From the NCBI GenBank assembly GCA_963796415.1, contig CAWCLR010000012.1:106145-170144 (forward strand): a DNA stretch of 64,000 bases. The letters run 5' to 3'. The position numbers and the translations under genes are program-made. Under the pieces are notes generated by a model that was not told the DNA's origin, did no database searches, and saw only the letters and a list, made by a program, of their open reading frames with translations. This document shows positions 36,716-44,889 of this stretch, one piece after another (the first letter of the stretch is position 1; every line of letters starts with the position of its first letter). The stretch is from an uncultured Acidimicrobiales bacterium. Its GTDB lineage: Bacteria; Actinomycetota; Acidimicrobiia; Acidimicrobiales; VFJN01.

Positions 36716-37942
36716 GTGATCGCCTTGGAGGAGTGGCCTGTCGAGCGACGCCTCCCGACTCGCACCGTCCGTCCGCCGCCGTCCACACTCGCCCGCGTGA
36801 CGACGCCGATCGACGGGTGGTGCGCTCCCGGCTTCGCGCCTGTCCGGGAGGCGTTCGCGGCCAACTTCACCGAGCGGGGTGAGGTCGGGGCCGCGGTCCA
36901 CGTGATCGTCGGCGGCGAGGTGGTCGTCGACCTCGTGGGTGGGTGGGCCGACGAGAACCGCACCCGGCCGTGGCGGCACGACACGATCGTCGACGTCTAC
37001 TCCGTCGGGAAGGCGATCCTCGCGCTGCTGGTGCTGCAGCTCATCGACGACGGACGGCTGGCGCTCGACGAGCCCGTCGCCGACGTGTGGCCCGAGTTCG
37101 CGCACGGCGGAAAGGCCGGGGCCACCGTCGCCCACGCGCTCAGCCACCGCGCGGGCGTCCCGGCGATCCGTGAGCTGCTCACGGACGAGGACCTCCTCGA
37201 CTGGGACCGCATGACGTCCGCCCTCGCCGCCACCGAGTCGTGGTGGGTGCCCGGCGAGCGGCTGGCCTACCACACCAACACATTCGGCCACCTCGTCGGG
37301 GAGCTCGTCCGCCGGGCGAGCGGTCAGATGCCGCGCGAACGACTGCGCGCGGTGGCCGAACCGCTCGGCGCCGACGTGTGGTTCGGGGTGCCGGCCGCCC
37401 AGCAGCACCGCTGCGCCGACGTCGTGTTCGCGCCGGCCGCGCCGATCCCCACGATCGACTCGTTCGATGGGCTCGAGGGTGACCTCCTCATGAACGCACT
37501 GGCCCACTTCAACCCACCGGGCTACTCGTCGATCGGCGTGGTGAACACGCCGGCCTGGCGGTCGTCGCAGATCGGCTCCACGAGCGGCCACGCATCCGCC
37601 TCGGGCATCGCCCGGATCTATGCCGCGCTGCTCGAGCCCGGTCGCCTGCTGTCGCCCGAGCTGCTGGCGCACGCCACCGCCCCGCGAGCCGAGGGCCACT
37701 GCCCGATTCTCGGCGAGGAGGTCGTCTTCGGCCTCGGGTTCCAGCCGACGACGCCGCGCCGACCGCTCGGGCCCAACGGCCGCAGCTTCGGGCACTTCGG
37801 CACGGGCGGCGCCCTCGGCTTCGCCGATCCCGATGCCGGCATCGCCTTCGGCTACGCGATGAATCACGTGATCCCACGCTGGCAGAGCACACGCAACCGG
37901 GCGCTCGTCGACGCCGTCTACGCCTCGCTCACCGTCGCCTGA
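36716..37942 (+). CDS. serine hydrolase (beta-lactamase/EstB-like esterase family)
   Basis: S-x-x-K motif YSVGKA, later YHTNTFG and HFGTGG. The start is uncertain (36716 or GTG 36797). Confidence 0.8.
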   Translation: MIALEEWPVERRLPTRTVRPPPSTLARVTTPIDGWCAPGFAPVREAFAANFTERGEVGAAVHVIVGGEVVVDLVGGWADENRTRPWRHDTIVDVYSVGKAILALLVLQLIDDGRLALDEPVADVWPEFAHGGKAGATVAHALSHRAGVPAIRELLTDEDLLDWDRMTSALAATESWWVPGERLAYHTNTFGHLVGELVRRASGQMPRERLRAVAEPLGADVWFGVPAAQQHRCADVVFAPAAPIPTIDSFDGLEGDLLMNALAHFNPPGYSSIGVVNTPAWRSSQIGSTSGHASASGIARIYAALLEPGRLLSPELLAHATAPRAEGHCPILGEEVVFGLGFQPTTPRRPLGPNGRSFGHFGTGGALGFADPDAGIAFGYAMNHVIPRWQSTRNRALVDAVYASLTVA

Positions 37943-37974
37943 ACGACGTCGATCAGGACTCAGATTCGAACACC

Positions 37975-37993
37975 TTTAGTTAGGTGTGCCTAT
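37975..37993. promoter_or_regulatory. iron-box-like site TTTAGTTAGGTGTGCCTAT, 10 nt upstream of the SIP start
   Basis: 12/19 match by hand to the DtxR/IdeR consensus TTAGGTTAGGCTAACCTAA. It shares GTTAGGT-N3-CCTA with the site at 62659-62677. Confidence 0.4.
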
Positions 37994-38002
37994 CATCGAC
38001 CG

Positions 38003-38804
38003 ATGGCGCTCTTCGGCGACGTGGTCGAGGTCGAACGGCTGACACCGCACATGGTCCGGGTGGTGCTCGGCGGGGAGGGGCTGGCCGGCTTCACCCCGAC
38101 ACCGTTCACCGATCAGTACGTCAACGCCCTCTTCGTCCCGCCCGGCGCGCCGTACGACGTGCCGTTCGACCCCGACGAGGCGGGGGCCGCGGGGCGCGAG
38201 CACCGGCCCCGAGGACGCCGCTACACCGTGCGGGCCTGGGATCCGGTGTCTCGCCGGGTCACGATCGACTTCGTCGTCCACGGCGACGTCGGCTTCGCCG
38301 GCCGGTGGGCCAGCGGCGCCGTCCCCGGCGACCGCCTCCAGATCGTCGGGCCGACAGGCAGCTTCGCGCCCGATCCCGACGCCGAGTGGTATCTCATGGT
38401 CGGCGACGAGAGCGCGCTGCCCGCGATCGCCGCATCGCTGGAGCGGATCCCCCGTGGTCGCCGCCGTGCTCGCCGCGCTGGTCGTCGACGACGGCGAGAG
38501 CCACCTCGACCTCGACTGTCCCGGTGCGCTCGACGTCACCTGGGTGCACCGCGCCGCGGATCCCGACAACCCCGACCAGCTCCTCCAGGCGGTCGAGGCG
38601 CTCCGCTTCCCCGCCGGGCGTCCGCACGTCTTCGTCCACGGCGAGGCCGGCGAGGTCCGGGCCGTGCGCCGCCACCTCCTCGCCGACCGCGGCGTGCCGA
38701 AGGACGGGGCATCGATCTCGCCCTACTGGCGACGCGACTACACGGACGAGCGCTGGCGCGAGATCAAGGCCGCCTGGCTCGCCGAGAGCGCGCAGGACGC
38801 ATGA
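38003..38804 (+). pseudogene. siderophore-interacting protein (SIP/ViuB-type FAD reductase), one frame break at the C5 run 38449-38453
   Basis: The FAD_binding_9 part (RRYTVRAWD, DFVVHG) is in ORF 38003... The NAD-binding part (VAAVLAALVVDDGESHLD...FVHGEAGEVRAVRRHL) is in ORF 38454..38804. Confidence 0.8.
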
Positions 38805-39742
38805 GCACGCGCCGCGGGTTCCTCGCCATGGTCGGCGCCGCCGGCCTGCTGGTGGCATGCGGCGCCGACGGCGGTGACCGGGCCGCCTCGTCCGAGGACG
38901 AGGGACCCGACGCAGCCGGCACCGGCGACGGGGGTCCGGCGACGGCCGCCGACACGCCGACGGTGCTGGCCCTCGGCGAGGAGTACCTGCTCGCCGACCT
39001 CCTCACCCTCGGGATCCGCCCGATCGCGTCGACCGCGAACGTCGTGCTCGACGAGGGCTTCGCCGGGCTCGGCGAGTTCGACACCGAGGGCATCGAGGCG
39101 CTGCCCTCCAACGAGCCCAACCTCGAGCGCCTGGCCGGCTACCGGGCCGACGTCGTGGTGTCCAACACCTTCGTCGCCGACTACCTCGGGCGGGAGGTCC
39201 TGGAGGGCCTCGGCGGCGAGCTCGTCGTCGTGCCCGACGACCACGCCGAGCGCATCCTCGCGTTGGGCGACACCTTCGACCGCCGATCCGAGGCCGACGC
39301 CGCACTGGCCGACCTCGACGAGGCCATCGCCGCAGGCGCAGCAACGCTGAACGCCGGGGGCCGAGCCGTGTCGGTCGCCACCGTCTACCCAGGCTCCACC
39401 GTTGCCGCGTGGGTCGACGGGCCGATCGACGTGCCCGCGACGCTGCTGGCCATGGGGTTCACCCTGCGGCCGGGAGCCACGGACGTCGAGGGCGAGGAGG
39501 GCGGGCGGCTCTACCTGTCGAACGAGCAGCTCGACGTGCTCGACGCCGACACCCTCGTCGCGCTGCAGTCCGACCTCGTCGCCGGCGAGCCCGAGGCCCT
39601 CGAGGCGATCGCCGACGACCCGCTGTGGTCCGGGCTCCCCGCCGTGGCCAGCGGGAACGTGGTCACCGTCGACCGCCTGGGCTATCCCGGCATCGCCGGG
39701 CGGCGCCGCCTTGTCGACGACCTCGTCGCCCGGTTGGGGTGA
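38801..39742 (+). CDS. ABC-type Fe3+-siderophore/cobalamin-class substrate-binding lipoprotein
   Basis: The ATG at 38801 forms an ATGA overlap with the SIP stop. Tat-like/lipobox signal RRGFLAMVGAAGLLVAC. Class III SBP-like sequence. Confidence 0.75.
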   Translation: MSTRRGFLAMVGAAGLLVACGADGGDRAASSEDEGPDAAGTGDGGPATAADTPTVLALGEEYLLADLLTLGIRPIASTANVVLDEGFAGLGEFDTEGIEALPSNEPNLERLAGYRADVVVSNTFVADYLGREVLEGLGGELVVVPDDHAERILALGDTFDRRSEADAALADLDEAIAAGAATLNAGGRAVSVATVYPGSTVAAWVDGPIDVPATLLAMGFTLRPGATDVEGEEGGRLYLSNEQLDVLDADTLVALQSDLVAGEPEALEAIADDPLWSGLPAVASGNVVTVDRLGYPGIAGRRRLVDDLVARLG

Positions 39743-39751
39743 GCGAGCGGC

Positions 39752-40201
39752 TCAGCCGCAGCTCCACCTCACGGCGGGTGGACGGACGCGGGCGCACACC
39801 GGGTTGCCGTAGGTGTCGGTGAGGCCGAGGCGGGCGACCAGCCGGCCCTCACCCGCCGCCGCCCGGGCCAGGACGCCGGGATCGACGTCCGCCAGGTGGA
39901 GCTTGGCCCGCCGGAACATGGTGAAGGCGCCGTCGGCGGCGACCGTCCCCCAGGTCAGGTAGACGAACCGGTCGCCCCGGCGGCCCTGGGCGAACGGCCC
40001 GCCGACGTCGAGCGCACCGTCGGCGCCGGTGCGGGTGACCAGCTCGAAGTCCCAGCTGGCGGCCGGCGCGTCCCCCGGGACCAGCTCGACGGGCTCGCGC
40101 CGACGCTGCAACCCGACGTGGACGTTCTCGTAGCCGGTGGGGGCGTCGGCCGGGGCACACGACCGGCCCGGCAGGTCGTCGGCCTCGATGCGGACGAGCA
40201 T
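39752..40201 (-). CDS. DUF5990-like hypothetical protein
   Basis: MLVRIEADDLPGRSC...FVYLTWGTV...FTMFRRAKLHL... resembles proteins I recall as DUF5990 (memory-based, not searched). Confidence 0.55.
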   Translation of the reverse strand: MLVRIEADDLPGRSCAPADAPTGYENVHVGLQRRREPVELVPGDAPAASWDFELVTRTGADGALDVGGPFAQGRRGDRFVYLTWGTVAADGAFTMFRRAKLHLADVDPGVLARAAAGEGRLVARLGLTDTYGNPVCARVRPPAVRWSCG

Positions 40202-40263
40202 CCCTCCATCATGGCGGCCCGCGGACAGCACGCGGGCGCCAGCCCAGGCCGAGCGGTCGCCGG

Positions 40264-40917
40264 TCAGGCCTGCGGGGTCATGCTCGCCTCGAGCCGGTCC
40301 GCGAGCGCTCCGTGGCCGTCGGCGCGAGCCACCTCGGCCGGGGTGCGCCCGTCGTCGGTGCGGCGGGCGGGGTCTGCGCCGGCGGCGAGGAGGAGATCGG
40401 CCATGGCCTCGTCCCCGCGGTGGGCGGCCTCGTGCAGCGGGGTGAAGCCCCCCGACTGGGTGGCGTCGAGGTCGGCGCCGGCGGCCACGGCGAGCGCCAG
40501 CCCGGCCCCGGTCGGGCTGGCTGCCGCCGCGTGGACGGCCGCGATGCCCATGGGATGCGTGGCCGCGGCATCGACGTCGGCGCCGGCGCGGATGAGCACC
40601 GCTGCGGCCGCGGGCTGGTCGAAGAACAGGGCGAGCTGGACCGGCGAGAAGCCGTCGGGCGACGGCTCGTCGGGCGGCGAGCCCGCCGCCAGCAGCTCGC
40701 CGACTCGGCGGACGTCCCCGACCGCGGCGGCCTCGGGCAGGTCGAGCGGGCGGAGCTCGCGGATGGCGTCGACCACCTCATCGAGGCCCCGGTAGCGGGC
40801 CAGCAGGAGGGCGCTGACCCCGGCGTCGTCGACGGCGGCGGCACTGTCGGGGTGGGCACCGAGGGCGGCGACCGCGGCCGCCCGATCGCCGGCGAGGATC
40901 GACTCGACGAGCGTCAT
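40264..40917 (-). CDS. ankyrin repeat protein
   Basis: Repeated ...G(F/V)(S/T)(P/A)L(H/L).AA..G......LL.AGAD... units (e.g. GGFTPLHEAAHRGDEAMADLLLAAGADPARRTDDGRTP). ATG at 40917. Confidence 0.8.
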   Translation of the reverse strand: MTLVESILAGDRAAAVAALGAHPDSAAAVDDAGVSALLLARYRGLDEVVDAIRELRPLDLPEAAAVGDVRRVGELLAAGSPPDEPSPDGFSPVQLALFFDQPAAAAVLIRAGADVDAAATHPMGIAAVHAAAASPTGAGLALAVAAGADLDATQSGGFTPLHEAAHRGDEAMADLLLAAGADPARRTDDGRTPAEVARADGHGALADRLEASMTPQA

Positions 40918-41031
40918 GGGCGCACCGTACCCAGCCTGCCGACTCCGAGGCGGCCGGACGGTTTGGCCGGGCGGGGGCGCACGGTCGATCATCGGGGTCC
41001 GCTCGCGCACCCTGTGGGAGGGAGCATCCCG

Positions 41032-41439
41032 GTGCCCTGGTCGATCCGCTGGTTCAAGGTCGTTGCCGTCGCCGAGGCCGTGTCGTACCTCGTGCTGCTC
41101 GGCGCGTCGGTGGCCAAGCACGTGTTCGACATGCCCGGGGCCGTGCCGATCATGGGCCCCATCCACGGGCTGATCTTCCTCACCTACCTGTGGCTCGCCC
41201 TGCTGGTGCGCGAGGAGCTGGGCTGGCGGCTGACGACCACGCTCATGGTCGTGGTGGCGGCGGTTATCCCGCTCGGCGGCCTCTACGTCGAGCGGCGGGT
41301 TCTGGCCGACACGACCCCGACCGCTCCGACGCGCGACGTGCTCCCCCTGGCGGTCAGCGGAAGCGCCGCAAGCGCAGGCTGTTCGTCACCACCAGCACGC
41401 TCGACGCCGCCATCGCCAGCCCCGCCAGCATCGGGTTGA
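41032..41439 (+). CDS. DUF3817 domain membrane protein with long C-terminal tail
   Basis: GTG at 41032 after [33 protein letters not shown]...[13 protein letters not shown] is typical of DUF3817. The tail (after ~41300) overlaps the copA 3' end and may be an artefact. Confidence 0.65.
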   Translation: MPWSIRWFKVVAVAEAVSYLVLLGASVAKHVFDMPGAVPIMGPIHGLIFLTYLWLALLVREELGWRLTTTLMVVVAAVIPLGGLYVERRVLADTTPTAPTRDVLPLAVSGSAASAGCSSPPARSTPPSPAPPASG

Positions 41440-43729
41440 GCAGCCCCGCCACGGCCAGCGGGATGGCCGCCACGTTGTAGGCGAACGCCCAGAACAGGTT
41501 GCCCTTGATCGTGCCGAGGGTCCGACGGGCGAGGCGGATGGCCGTGGGCGCCCGGCCGAGGTCGCCGCTCACCAGCGTGAGATCGGACGCCTCGATGGCC
41601 ACGTCGGTGCCCGTGCCCATGGCGAGGCCCAGGTCGGCCTGTGCCAGGGCGGCGGCGTCGTTCACGCCGTCGCCGACCATCGCCACGACGCGGCCGTCGG
41701 CCTGCAGGCGCTCGACCACGGCCACCTTGTCGGCCGGGAGGACCTCGGCCTCCACCCGGTCGATGCCGACCGCAGCGGCCACCGTGCGAGCGGTGGTGGC
41801 GTTGTCGCCCGTGAGCAGGACGGGATCGAGGCCCAGGTCCCGCAGGGCGCGCACCGCGGCTCCGCTCGTCGGCTTCACCTCGTCGGCCACGACGAGCACC
41901 GCCCGGGCCCGGCCGTCCCAACCGGCCAGCACCGCGGTCGCCCCGTCGGCCTCGGCCCGCCGGCGGGCGTCGTCGAGGGCGTCGGGGACCGCGAGGCCGC
42001 GCTCGGCCAGCAGGGCGGGGCGGCCGGCGACGACCGTGTGGCCCTCCACCACGCCCTCGGCGCCCAGCCCGGCGTGGCTGCGGAAGCCGCTGACGGGCGG
42101 CAGGGCGGCGGCAGACTCGGCCGCGCCCGCGGCGATGGCCCGGCCGATCGGGTGCTCGGACGCCGCCTCGAGCGCGCCGGCCAGCCGCAGCGCCTCGTGC
42201 GCCAGCGTCTCGCCGTCGGTCGTCACGTCGACGAGGCGCATCGTGCCCGTGGTGACCGTGCCGGTCTTGTCGAGCACCACCGTGTCGACCCGGCGGGTCG
42301 ACTCGAGCACCTCGGGGCCCTTGATGAGGATGCCGAGCTGCGCACCCCGCCCGGTCCCGACCATGAGGGCGGTCGGCGTGGCCAGGCCCAGGGCGCAGGG
42401 GCAGGCGATGATCAGCACCGCCACCGCGGCGGCGAACGCCTCGGCGGCGCCGTTGTCTGTGGCGAGCCAGCCGACGAGCGTTGCCGCGGCGACGGCGATG
42501 ACGGCGGGCACGAACCAGGCCGAGATGCGGTCGGCCAGGCGCTGCACCGGGGCCTTGCCGGTCTGCGCCTGCTCGACCAGCCGGCCGATGCGGGCCAGCG
42601 CGGTGTCGGCGCCGACGCCCGTCGCCTCCACCACGAGTCGGCCGCCGGCGTTGACGGTGGCGCCGACGACCGGGTCGCCGGGGCCGACCTCGACCGGCAC
42701 GCTCTCGCCGGTGAGCAGCGACTGGTCGACGGCCGAGGTCCCGTCGAGCACGACGCCGTCGGTGGCGATCGTCTCGCCCGGGCGGACGACGAAGCGCATA
42801 CCGACGGCGAGGGCGTCGATGCCCACCCGGCGCTCGGTGCCGTCAGCGTCCAGCACGCTCACGTCCTTGGCGCCGAGGTCGAGGAGCGCCTCGATCGCCG
42901 CACCGGCCCGGCGCTTGGCCCGGGCCTCGGCGTAGCGGCCCGCGAGGATGAACACGGGTACGCCGGCCGCCACCTCGAGGTAGATCTGCCCGGCCGCCTC
43001 GCCGGCCGAGGCCGTGAGCGTGAAGTCGTGGGTCATGCCCAGCTCGCCGGCATGGCCCCAGAACAGGGCGTAGACCGACCAGCCGTAGGCGGCCAGCACG
43101 CCGACCGACACCAGCGTGTCCATGGTGGTGGCGCCGCGGCGGAGGTTGACCAGGGCCGCCCGGTGGAACGGCCAGGCGCACCACAGCGCCACGGGCGAGG
43201 CGAGGGCGAAGCTGAGCCACATCCACTCGTCGAATTGCAGCCGGGGGATCATCGCCATCGCCACGACGGGCAGCCCGAGGACGAGGGCGGCGACCAGCCG
43301 GTGCCGCAGGTCCACCAGGTCGGCCGGCTCGGGCGCGGGCTCGGGGCGGGTCCCGCGGGGTCGCGAGGCAATGGGTTCCGAGACGGCGTGGCGTTGACCG
43401 AGGCCGCCGATGGACAGGCCCTCGACGCGGGTGGACGGTGCGGCGGGTTCGGCGGGCGGCGACGCCGGGGCCAGCGGCGAGGCGGCGCTCCCGTCGGGCA
43501 CGCCGTAGCCCAGGCGCTCGACGGTCGCGACGAGGTCGGCCCGGCCGAGCGCGGACGGCTCGTAGTCGACGCTCGCCTTCCCGGTCACGTAGTTCACGGT
43601 GGCCTCGACGCCCTCGAGGCGGTTGAGGCCGCGCTCGATGCGGGCCGCGCACGAGGCGCAGGTCATCCCGGTGATGGGCAGGTCGACGTGGTCGACCGCA
43701 GCGCGGTCGAGCCGATCAGTGGTGGGCAC
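41354..43729 (-). CDS. copA: copper-translocating P1B-type ATPase
   Basis: N-terminal [12 protein letters not shown] metal-binding domain, CPC motif ([13 protein letters not shown]), [18 protein letters not shown]. 791-aa intact ORF. Confidence 0.95.
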   Translation of the reverse strand: MPTTDRLDRAAVDHVDLPITGMTCASCAARIERGLNRLEGVEATVNYVTGKASVDYEPSALGRADLVATVERLGYGVPDGSAASPLAPASPPAEPAAPSTRVEGLSIGGLGQRHAVSEPIASRPRGTRPEPAPEPADLVDLRHRLVAALVLGLPVVAMAMIPRLQFDEWMWLSFALASPVALWCAWPFHRAALVNLRRGATTMDTLVSVGVLAAYGWSVYALFWGHAGELGMTHDFTLTASAGEAAGQIYLEVAAGVPVFILAGRYAEARAKRRAGAAIEALLDLGAKDVSVLDADGTERRVGIDALAVGMRFVVRPGETIATDGVVLDGTSAVDQSLLTGESVPVEVGPGDPVVGATVNAGGRLVVEATGVGADTALARIGRLVEQAQTGKAPVQRLADRISAWFVPAVIAVAAATLVGWLATDNGAAEAFAAAVAVLIIACPCALGLATPTALMVGTGRGAQLGILIKGPEVLESTRRVDTVVLDKTGTVTTGTMRLVDVTTDGETLAHEALRLAGALEAASEHPIGRAIAAGAAESAAALPPVSGFRSHAGLGAEGVVEGHTVVAGRPALLAERGLAVPDALDDARRRAEADGATAVLAGWDGRARAVLVVADEVKPTSGAAVRALRDLGLDPVLLTGDNATTARTVAAAVGIDRVEAEVLPADKVAVVERLQADGRVVAMVGDGVNDAAALAQADLGLAMGTGTDVAIEASDLTLVSGDLGRAPTAIRLARRTLGTIKGNLFWAFAYNVAAIPLAVAGLLNPMLAGLAMAASSVLVVTNSLRLRRFR

Positions 43730-43759
43730 GGTGGCAGCAGGTCCGGCGTGGCGCCGCGC

Positions 43760-44047
43760 TCAGCTCTTGACCAGGCGCTCGATGGCCTTGGTCGCCTCGG
43801 TGACCTTGTCGGCGGCGTCGGGGGCGCCGGACGCCACCGCGTCGGTGACGCAGTGGTGCAGGTGCTCGTCGAGGAGGCCCACGGCCACGCTCTGCAGGGC
43901 GCTGGTGACGGCCGAGATCTGGGTCAGGACGTCGATGCAGTAGGTGTCCTCGTCGACGAGGCGCTGCAGGCCGCGCACCTGGCCCTCGATGCGGCGAAGG
44001 CGCCGCATGTAGTCGTCCTTGGTCATGCTGTATCCGGGCACGCTCAT
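43760..44047 (-). CDS. csoR: CsoR family copper-sensing repressor
   Basis: RRLRRIEGQVRGLQRLV..., with C-H-C ligand pattern (YCIDVLTQ, HLHHC). Immediately upstream of copA. Confidence 0.9.
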   Translation of the reverse strand: MSVPGYSMTKDDYMRRLRRIEGQVRGLQRLVDEDTYCIDVLTQISAVTSALQSVAVGLLDEHLHHCVTDAVASGAPDAADKVTEATKAIERLVKS

Positions 44048-44062
44048 ACCCTAGCGGGGTAT
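44046..44062. promoter_or_regulatory. candidate CsoR operator ATACCC-TAGCG-GGGTAT overlapping the csoR start codon
   Basis: Read directly. It resembles the GC-rich TACCC...GGGTA pseudo-palindromes reported for actinobacterial and Bacillus CsoR operators. Confidence 0.55.
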
Positions 44063-44107
44063 GGGTGAGCCCACGCAACCGTCGCACGGTGGACGTAGGG
44101 TGGAGGC

Positions 44108-44866
44108 GTGCTCATCGGATCTCACGTCCCCCCGTCCGACCCGCTCGGCACCGCCGCCGCCGAGGATGCCGACGTGGTCCAGATATTCCTGGGCGACCCG
44201 CAGGACTGGAAGAAGCCCAAGCCCCGCGACGACGCCGACCAGCTGCGGGCCTCGCCCATCCCGATCTACGTGCACGCCCCGTACATCGTCAACCTGGCGT
44301 CGCCCAACAACCGGATCCGCATCCCGTCGCGCAAGGTCCTGCAGCAGGCGTGCGACGCGGCCACCGACATCGGCGCCCGGGCCGTGATCGTCCACGGCGG
44401 GCACGTGACGAAGGACGACGACCCCGGCGCCGGGTTCGAGCGCTGGCGCAAGGGCATCGACACGATCGAGACCGACGTGCCGATCTACCTCGAGAACACG
44501 GCCGGCGGCGACCACGCCATGGCCCGCCACTTCGACACGATCGGCCGGCTGTGGGACCACATCGGCGACACCGGCATCGGCTTCTGCCTCGACACGTGCC
44601 ACGCCTGGGCGGCCGGCGAGGCGCTGGTCGACGCGGTCGAGCGGATCAAGGGCATCACCGGCCGCATCGACCTCGTCCACTGCAACGACTCGAAGGACGA
44701 GGCCGGCTCGGGCCGCGACCGCCACGCCAACCTGGGCACCGGGTCGATCGACACCGACCTGCTGGTGGCCGTGGTCGAGGCCGCCGGCGCCCCGGTCGTC
44801 TGCGAGACGGCCGACGAGGGCCGCAAGGACGACATCGCCTTCCTCAAGTCCCACGTCGGCGGCTGA
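44108..44866 (+). CDS. nfo: deoxyribonuclease IV (endonuclease IV)
   Basis: TIM-barrel AP endonuclease 2 motifs ([41 protein letters not shown]). GTG start. Confidence 0.9.
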   Translation: MLIGSHVPPSDPLGTAAAEDADVVQIFLGDPQDWKKPKPRDDADQLRASPIPIYVHAPYIVNLASPNNRIRIPSRKVLQQACDAATDIGARAVIVHGGHVTKDDDPGAGFERWRKGIDTIETDVPIYLENTAGGDHAMARHFDTIGRLWDHIGDTGIGFCLDTCHAWAAGEALVDAVERIKGITGRIDLVHCNDSKDEAGSGRDRHANLGTGSIDTDLLVAVVEAAGAPVVCETADEGRKDDIAFLKSHVGG

Positions 44867-44889
44867 CCCCTCCCGCGGCCGCGGCGGGG

